Shown here one piece after another: positions 57,569 through 64,000 of a stretch of DNA of 64,000 bases. Each line of letters begins with the position of its first letter. Positions within the stretch are counted from its first letter, which is position 1. The position numbers and the translations under genes are program-made. The DNA comes from Candidatus Obscuribacteraceae bacterium (GTDB lineage: Bacteria > Cyanobacteriota > Vampirovibrionia > Obscuribacterales > Obscuribacteraceae). The notes beneath the pieces were generated by a model. That model saw nothing but the letters and a program-made list of their open reading frames with translations, had not been told where the DNA came from and ran no database searches. Location of the stretch: NCBI GenBank assembly GCA_044226015.1, contig JBGAHS010000009.1:1-64000 (forward strand). Reading direction: 5' to 3'.

Positions 57569-59032
57569 TTAGTCTGAGACGCAGTTGCGTCCCTTTTCTT
57601 TGGCACGAATAAGCGCGTCTTTGGCGTCTTTTATGATCGCCTCTGGTGCTACGTCTTTGTGATTGAATTGAGCGCAGCCTACGCTGATAGTCACACGCGC
57701 ATTCTTCTTTCCTGCCTCATCTTTCGGATTTAGCTTCTCCGCTTCACTGCGCAACTTCTCGCCGAGTATGGCGGCGCCTTTTAGATCTGTATTCGGCAAA
57801 ACAATCACGAACTGATCGCCGCTATATCTCGCCATGAGATCGCTAGATCTGATGCAAGAGCTGAGTCTTTCAGCCAGTGTTTTTAGCAAGAGGTTGCCTG
57901 TATCAGAACCGTATTGCGCTGCAAGGCCGACGAATCCATCCACATCTATAATGCACAAACCGACATCGAGCTTTTGTCTTTGTGAAAATAAGAGTTGCTG
58001 TTGCAGATAGCCCATGAAAAATTCCATGTTATAGAGTCCGGAAATCGGGTCTACCATCGACCAGTAGCTAGCCTGAGCTTCGAGCACCTGGTACTTGTCC
58101 TTTTCGATAAGCAATTGCATTACTGGTGCAATTTGATCTTTCAAAAGTTCCAACGATGTTTTGAGAACATTATCGATATCTTTATCGCTTGTCCAACCGA
58201 TCAAAATAGCACCAAGGCTGGTGCCATCAGGTGCTGGAATTGTCAGAATTCTTGCTTTTTGGAGTTGCGCTCCTTTCTTGTCCGCTGCCTCACCATAAAA
58301 GTTTGCAGGAATTTGTGCTGACAAGCCGACCGACAAGAGAGCATTCTTTATCATCTTGATCAAAATCTCGTCGTTTATAGATTTTGTGGCGTGATAAACG
58401 CTCCAGGGTGACGGTCCAAGGCAGATAATTCCGCAGATATCTGGCTTGAAAAGTCGGGATAGAAGGTCGAAAAAATCAGTCGTGAACTCGGTCTTGTCAT
58501 GTACAGTGGCGTGAAGTTTTCGCGTGTAATGCCGTAGCAACCTTTCTGCGAGCAATCCATTAAGTAGTTCGCCAAAGCTCTTGATCAAGTCGGCGCTACC
58601 AAAGGTTCCTGTGATTACTGGTTCATTGTCGATTTGTTCAACGGTTAAACCCTGAGGATTCTTTTCTGCGAGTTTTCTTATGAACTTGACTGAATCTTGT
58701 TCATTTTGTTCAACCTGCTGTCTTCTTAGAACGGCATCAGCAAGGCTTGCTCGCGACCAGAAACTGTCTTGCAACTCTGAGGCAACAATGACAATAGGAA
58801 GTGCACTTGTAACAGGGGTGGACTTCAGTAAGCAGGATAATTGGAATGCCGTGATGTCAGGTAGATGCGTGCACATCACTATTATGTGAGCGCCGGAATT
58901 AATGAGCTCGTCAAGTGCATCAAAGCCGCTTGTACAAACACTCACCTGGCAACCGTTTTGCTTGAGACATTCTCTCAAGACCGCCATTGGGTCATTAGGA
59001 TTCTCAACGAGAATTACCTTGATTTCCACCAT
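57569..59032 (-). CDS. Pseudo-receiver / GAF-like / degenerate GGDEF protein
   Basis: REC fold, DPISGLYN and IRSSDLMARYSGDQF. Confidence 0.88.
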   Translation of the reverse strand: MVEIKVILVENPNDPMAVLRECLKQNGCQVSVCTSGFDALDELINSGAHIIVMCTHLPDITAFQLSCLLKSTPVTSALPIVIVASELQDSFWSRASLADAVLRRQQVEQNEQDSVKFIRKLAEKNPQGLTVEQIDNEPVITGTFGSADLIKSFGELLNGLLAERLLRHYTRKLHATVHDKTEFTTDFFDLLSRLFKPDICGIICLGPSPWSVYHATKSINDEILIKMIKNALLSVGLSAQIPANFYGEAADKKGAQLQKARILTIPAPDGTSLGAILIGWTSDKDIDNVLKTSLELLKDQIAPVMQLLIEKDKYQVLEAQASYWSMVDPISGLYNMEFFMGYLQQQLLFSQRQKLDVGLCIIDVDGFVGLAAQYGSDTGNLLLKTLAERLSSCIRSSDLMARYSGDQFVIVLPNTDLKGAAILGEKLRSEAEKLNPKDEAGKKNARVTISVGCAQFNHKDVAPEAIIKDAKDALIRAKEKGRNCVSD

Positions 59033-59257
59033 TTGACCCCGATGTCCCCTGAACGCTAAAGAGATCCCTAATTTTAAACCAAAGTCTGCCACTTGAAGCG
59101 AAATTGAGACATTTAGAGAACAGTCAATTTTAGCCACCTGCATAATAGCCCTATATTGATGCTATTATTTTCCCGCTGAACTGGCTTAGGGCCGGCAACT
59201 AGGTAAGGTCGGAAGAAGACCGACCAAGAAAACGCATTTGCAAAGACGAGGAAATAA

Positions 59258-60436
59258 ATGGTCGCTGGTACAGATTTAAAAGAATCGCCGCTATCCTTTG
59301 CGCTAACTGACGAACAGCGTGACATCCAGGCGATGGTTAGAGACTTGGCTGAAAAAGAATTCGCTCCTCGGGCGGCTGAGGTTGATCGCAACCACCGCTT
59401 TCCGCGAGAGAATTTCGAACTCCTCGGAGCTTCTGATCTTTGCGGGCTTGTGTTTCCAGAAGAGTATGGCGGGGTTGGTCTTGACCACGTTTCTTACGCC
59501 ATCGTAGTAGAAGAACTGGCAAAAGCCTGTGCGACGACTTCAGTGCTGTATTCAGCGCATGTTTCACTCACAGGGTCACCAGTTTTGATCTGGGGTAATG
59601 AAGAACAAAAACAACGTTTCCTCGCACCAATGGCTCGTGGAGAGAAGCTTGGTGCCTTCGCGCTTTCAGAGCCAGGAAATGGTTCGGACTCTGCCGCCGC
59701 TTCTTGCAAGGCCGAACTAAAAGGCGACCATTTTATTGTGAACGGTTCGAAGAATTGGATCACCAATGGTATCGAAGCTGACTACTATCTGGTCATCGCG
59801 CAGACTGACTCTGCTCTTAAGCACAAAGGACTGGTTGCGTTGATGATTGAGAAGGGCTCTCCAGGATTTACCTTTGGAAAACTTGAAGACAAGCTCGGCA
59901 TTCGTGGTTCATCAACCTGTCAAATCATTTTTGAAGACACTCCGGTGCCTGTCGCCAATATGCTCGGCAAAATTGGTGATGGATTCAAAGTCGCTATGAG
60001 TACTTTAGATGGTGGTCGAATTGGAATTGCTGCTCAGGCTGTCGGTATAGCGCAGGGCGCTTGGAACCACGCATACAAGTATGCGCAAGAGCGTGAAGCT
60101 TTCGGTAAACCAATCGCCAAGCTGCAAGCCATCCAATTCATGCTTACAGAAATGCAAACTGAAATCGATGCAGCGCGCATGCTCACTTTCAACGCTGCTG
60201 TGGCGAAAGACATGGGTGCTCGATTTACGAAAGAAGCAGCAGTTGCAAAATTGTATGCGTCCGAAGTAGCTATGCGAAGCACAGTTAAATGTGTGCAGAT
60301 TTTTGGTGGATATGGGTATGTTACAGACTATCCCGCTGAGCGATACATGCGCGATGCGAAGATTACCGAAATCTACGAAGGAACCTCGGAAATTCAACGT
60401 TTGGTAATAGCAAGCAATCTACTCAAAGGACAATAG
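59258..60436 (+). CDS. Acyl-CoA dehydrogenase (short-chain/butyryl-CoA type)
   Basis: ALSEPGNGSD, NGSKNWITN, KLGIRGSST, LDGGRIGIA, QIFGGYGY and IYEGTSEIQ. Confidence 0.96.
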   Translation: MVAGTDLKESPLSFALTDEQRDIQAMVRDLAEKEFAPRAAEVDRNHRFPRENFELLGASDLCGLVFPEEYGGVGLDHVSYAIVVEELAKACATTSVLYSAHVSLTGSPVLIWGNEEQKQRFLAPMARGEKLGAFALSEPGNGSDSAAASCKAELKGDHFIVNGSKNWITNGIEADYYLVIAQTDSALKHKGLVALMIEKGSPGFTFGKLEDKLGIRGSSTCQIIFEDTPVPVANMLGKIGDGFKVAMSTLDGGRIGIAAQAVGIAQGAWNHAYKYAQEREAFGKPIAKLQAIQFMLTEMQTEIDAARMLTFNAAVAKDMGARFTKEAAVAKLYASEVAMRSTVKCVQIFGGYGYVTDYPAERYMRDAKITEIYEGTSEIQRLVIASNLLKGQ

Positions 60437-60438
60437 AA

Positions 60439-61140
60439 ATGACCTGGCAACCACCACCTCCTCCTCCAAAACCAGGTCCGGGACCCCAAGGACCCGGAGC
60501 GCCCGCGGCAAGACAGACCTTCTACGATATCTTGCAGGTTACCCCAAACGCGCATCCCACAATTATTCGCTATGCCTACAGATTTCTTGCAGGTATCTAT
60601 CATCCAGACAATACTGAAACAGGTAATGCTGAAGTTTTCAGAACTATCTCAGAAGCATTCAAGACCCTGTCTGATGGAGGACGCCGTGCTGCCTATGATG
60701 CGCATCTAGGTCCATTGCTTCAAAAAGAAAAGGAAGCTGCGGCTGCCGCCACAGGTGGTGCTTCCAAGGTTAGTAGTTCAATTCCACAGTTTGAGAGGAC
60801 TTCTCTCTCATACAACGAAATTGAATTGCGTCTCGCCATTTTGCAGCTACTTTTGCAAGCGCGCAAGAAGCGTGTTCAAACTGGCGGATGCAGCGCAAAA
60901 ACTCTTATGGACGTTCTCGGCGTTGATATGGGTGAGATGGAGTTTGCTCTCTGGTATCTCCGTGAAAGAGGCTATGTTGAGCGTGCTGAAGCTTTGTTTT
61001 TGATCACCGTATCTGGTGTTGATTACATTGTTGACTCGTTGACGAAAACACAAATTATTGACGAAGGTCCGAGGAACGTGCCGAATTATCCAGGCGGCGG
61101 CGGAAGTTCACCAAACCTCCCAACTATCCCCTCTCGCTAA
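60439..61140 (+). CDS. J-domain (DnaJ class C) protein with C-terminal winged-helix-like region
   Basis: FYDILQV, YHPD and RAAYD; C-terminal EFALWYLRERGYVE...ITVSGVDY. Confidence 0.85.
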   Translation: MTWQPPPPPPKPGPGPQGPGAPAARQTFYDILQVTPNAHPTIIRYAYRFLAGIYHPDNTETGNAEVFRTISEAFKTLSDGGRRAAYDAHLGPLLQKEKEAAAAATGGASKVSSSIPQFERTSLSYNEIELRLAILQLLLQARKKRVQTGGCSAKTLMDVLGVDMGEMEFALWYLRERGYVERAEALFLITVSGVDYIVDSLTKTQIIDEGPRNVPNYPGGGGSSPNLPTIPSR

Positions 61141-61141
61141 T

Positions 61142-61945
61142 TCACTTCTTCTCGTAAATTCGTTGCCCATCAGGGTGCTTTTTGAACCTCTCTACTATTG
61201 GGTGGAGGGCTAGCGTTTCTTTGCTTCCGAGGATAAGGTAACCTCCAGGTGCAAGACTATCGTAAAGCAGGTTCAAGACCTTGGTTTGCAATGTGTTATC
61301 GAAATAGATTAGTACATTTCTGCAAAGAACGATGTCGAACTCGTTAAAGGTGGCATCGGTGTTCAGATTGTGGTGCGAGAAAGTGATTCTATTTTTGAGC
61401 ATCTCGCGAATTGCCGCATGACCGTATGCTGCGGAATAATAGTCGGAAAACTCGTACTGTCCTCCAGCTAGCTGGTAATTGTGAGTGTATTTTTGCATGG
61501 CTTGAATGGTGTAAACACCCTTCTTTGCTATGTGCAGCGATTGGTCGTTAAAGTCGGTTGCATAGATGCGACTTCTTGCATACATCTTCTCTTCCCAGAG
61601 CAAGATTGCTAGCGAATAGGGCTCTTCTCCCGTTGAGCAACCTGCACTCCAGATTTTTATTGAGCCAAGCTCAGCATACTTTGGTAATATTTCTGTTCGC
61701 AGTTTCAGGAACATATCAGGGTCACGAAACATGCTTGTGGTGGGTATCGCAATGGCTTGAATCAGGCGTTCACTTAGTGACTCATTGGAGTATAGCGCTT
61801 TGGCTAAGCCCTTGAGACCATCTAGCTTTTCTCTATCGGCAAATCGCTCTAGCCTCCGCTCAACAGAATTTGAGACGTAGTTACGAAAGTCGTAGCCACT
61901 CTTTTTATAAATATGTTCGAGTAGGTCTAAAAGCTCTTGGGACAT
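61142..61945 (-). CDS. cheR: CheR-type protein-glutamate O-methyltransferase
   Basis: GYDFRNY, MFRD, IWSAGCSTGEEPYS and CRNVLIYF. Confidence 0.95.
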   Translation of the reverse strand: MSQELLDLLEHIYKKSGYDFRNYVSNSVERRLERFADREKLDGLKGLAKALYSNESLSERLIQAIAIPTTSMFRDPDMFLKLRTEILPKYAELGSIKIWSAGCSTGEEPYSLAILLWEEKMYARSRIYATDFNDQSLHIAKKGVYTIQAMQKYTHNYQLAGGQYEFSDYYSAAYGHAAIREMLKNRITFSHHNLNTDATFNEFDIVLCRNVLIYFDNTLQTKVLNLLYDSLAPGGYLILGSKETLALHPIVERFKKHPDGQRIYEKK

Positions 61946-61946
61946 T

Positions 61947-64000
61947 CTAGCGTTTCGCCAGCCAGACGCGCAGCAGTGAAAGCAGTTGGTTTTTATCAAC
62001 TGGCTTACTTATGTAATCTGACGCACCAGCTTCCATACACTTTCTGCGGTCATCTTTCATAGCTTTTGCAGTTACCGCTATCATGGGTAGGTCTTTGAAG
62101 CGCTCATTCTTTCTGATTTCTGTCATGGCTTCATAGCCATCCATCTCGGGCATCATCATATCCATAAGCACCAAATCCACATCGGGATTATCGAGTAATT
62201 GCTTGAGAGATTCCTTGCCATTGTTCGCAAAAATCAAGTCCATGTCTAGTCGCGAAAGAAGCGCCTTTAGTGCCATCTGGTTGCGGGCGTCATCGTCAAC
62301 TACGAGTATCTTTCGACCATTCAAATTAGAATCCGCAGAAAGCGCTTTTTGAATCATCGTTCGCTTGTGCAGCGGCAAATTGGTTTCAACGCGATGCAGA
62401 AAGAGTGAGGCTTCGAGCAGTAAGCGCTCGAGTGATTCTATGTCTTTTACTATTCCTGTTTTGCCAAGCTCTTTGAGTCGCCCATGCTCTGTGGTAGCAA
62501 GTTCATTGCCTGAGTAGACCAGTACCGGAACTTCCCGCATTTGATCGAGCTTTTGTGCGGTTTCAATGAAATCAAAAAGCGGCATGTCTGGCAATCCGGC
62601 TCCGACCACCACGCAGTCAAATCGCTTGCTTCGCATTACTTCCATCGCTTCCTTCGCTGAAGCAGCTAAAAGCAGGTCTTGCCCCTCTTCCAGTAGGAGA
62701 TCTATGCACTGTTTCGCTTTTGAGTCATCAGCTTCAACCAGCAAAACTGAGTTTTTCCTCGATTCCTGGTCTTTTAGTTTCTTTATCGCTTGACTCAGGC
62801 TTTCAAGTTGGGTGGGCTTCTCCAGGTAACCCATGGCACCGCCTGTGAGGGCACGCATGCGTTCGGAGTCTACCGTGATAATGTGCACAGGAATGTGCCT
62901 GGTCTCAGCAGTTGTTTTGAGCCGGTCTAGCACAACCCATCCGTCGGTATCTGGTAAGTGAAGATCAAGTGTAATGCCATCAGGTTTAAGCTGGCACGCC
63001 AGCTCAAAACCTGTTTTTCCAGTTCCGGCCACTACACTCTTAAATCCATTTTTTCTCGCCGTATCGAGCAATATCTTTGCAAAGGTTGCATCGTCTTCTA
63101 TTATCAGAAGAACTTTGTCATGTGCATCAATATTGTCTCTGTCATCGGGAACAAAGATGCCTGGTGCTTCAGAAGCTTTTGAAGAGGATTGTGCTGGTTC
63201 TGCTTGTTCAAGCTGCTTAGCTACGGCATTCAGGTCGATCTTATTGCCATTGCCACCATCATACCTGTTTTCTGAGCTAGCAGGTGGCCCACTTATTGGA
63301 AGAAAGAGAGTGAATTCGCTTCCCTTACCTGGCGCGCTTCTCAGTTCTATTTTTCCGCCAAGCAGAGCTGTAAGCTCGCGGCAGATTGAGAGTCCCAGTC
63401 CGGTGCCACCATATTCGCTGAGTATCTTTGGTTCAGCTTGCTGGAAGGGTTCGAAGACCATCTGATGTTTCTCTGGTGCAATTCCAATTCCTGTGTCGCT
63501 TACAGAGAATTTTATGAATGGAACACTTTCAATCAAGACTGGACTGACTGCTAGAGTGATGCCGCCTTCCTTGGTAAACTTGAAAGCATTAGAAAGTAAG
63601 TTATTCAAAATTTGTGAAATGCGTTTCTCATCGCTCTCGAATGCGTCCGGAGCATCGTCTGTTACTTCAACCTTGAAGAAGAGGCTCTTATTGTGAGCTT
63701 CTGTGGTGAAATTCGACCGTAAGGTGGCTACCAGCGTATGTACATCGATGCGTTCCGGTTCGATTGATAATTTGCCTGCTTCGATTTTTGAAAGGTCTAA
63801 TACATCGTTGATCAGCCCAAGTAGAGAGTTGCCTGAAGACCTTATCGATTTTGCAAACTCGACTTGTTCTTCTGTGAGATTGTTGTCGCTATTTTCTGCC
63901 AGAATGTCTGCAAATATGAGCATGCTGTTAAGAGGCGTTCTCAAATCGTGAGACATGTTTGCCATGAATTCTGATTTGTATTTGGATGCAAGAGTTAGCT
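61947..64000 (-). CDS. Hybrid sensor histidine kinase with three receiver domains (5' partial)
   Basis: KYKSEFMANMSHDLRTPLN, NAFKFT, DTGIG, GGTGLGL and three REC domains. The frame runs off the window end. Confidence 0.95.
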   Translation of the reverse strand, partial: LTLASKYKSEFMANMSHDLRTPLNSMLIFADILAENSDNNLTEEQVEFAKSIRSSGNSLLGLINDVLDLSKIEAGKLSIEPERIDVHTLVATLRSNFTTEAHNKSLFFKVEVTDDAPDAFESDEKRISQILNNLLSNAFKFTKEGGITLAVSPVLIESVPFIKFSVSDTGIGIAPEKHQMVFEPFQQAEPKILSEYGGTGLGLSICRELTALLGGKIELRSAPGKGSEFTLFLPISGPPASSENRYDGGNGNKIDLNAVAKQLEQAEPAQSSSKASEAPGIFVPDDRDNIDAHDKVLLIIEDDATFAKILLDTARKNGFKSVVAGTGKTGFELACQLKPDGITLDLHLPDTDGWVVLDRLKTTAETRHIPVHIITVDSERMRALTGGAMGYLEKPTQLESLSQAIKKLKDQESRKNSVLLVEADDSKAKQCIDLLLEEGQDLLLAASAKEAMEVMRSKRFDCVVVGAGLPDMPLFDFIETAQKLDQMREVPVLVYSGNELATTEHGRLKELGKTGIVKDIESLERLLLEASLFLHRVETNLPLHKRTMIQKALSADSNLNGRKILVVDDDARNQMALKALLSRLDMDLIFANNGKESLKQLLDNPDVDLVLMDMMMPEMDGYEAMTEIRKNERFKDLPMIAVTAKAMKDDRRKCMEAGASDYISKPVDKNQLLSLLRVWLAKR

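Noticed and set aside
1..64000. Genome-wide TGA reassignment (genetic code 4 or 25)
   Set aside because: Many intact genes end in TGA (e.g. 3044, 4521, 36049, the mlaE/mlaD ATGA overlap) and conserved genes are uninterrupted.

Overview
Bacterial chromosomal window with dense coding and no rRNA, tRNA, CRISPR array, integrase or transposase that I can support. The gene content (CtpA, TIGR00303-type CobT, MlaE/MlaD, Tad minor pilins, Hanks kinase, many TPR proteins, no photosynthesis genes) suggests a non-photosynthetic cyanobacterial relative such as Vampirovibrionia/Obscuribacterales; this is inference only. Bases 1-6.8 kb are a polymorphic-toxin array of four RHS-core/toxin/immunity cassettes plus a deletion-fused fifth. 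The four toxin tips look like a caspase/C80-fold peptidase, a GIY-YIG nuclease, an R-S-E ADP-ribosyltransferase and a permuted papain-fold enzyme. The rest mixes housekeeping genes (M20 peptidase, ubiD, ctpA, tex, MATE, DAACS symporter, PBP1A, mlaED, ArnT-type GT, aroF, cobT, acyl-CoA dehydrogenase, cheR plus hybrid kinase) with lineage-specific unknowns. Best leads: (1) the gene at 16351-17865 (-) has a good RBS/ATG and one in-frame TGA in F-Q-G-*-G-P-R-P-C upstream of a thioredoxin-like domain lacking CxxC, a selenocysteine/readthrough candidate missed by the ORF track; (2) two distant large genes (13008, 30845) share an alignable Gly/Ala-rich hydrophobic N-terminal domain but have unrelated C-termini, one a papain-like protease, suggesting a second non-RHS polymorphic effector family; (3) an unannotated 55-aa CxxxxC-x3-WKP protein, a degenerate GGDEF likely to be a c-di-GMP receptor, a REP-like array and several short tandem arrays. 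All family calls come from motif recognition by eye, not from database searches.
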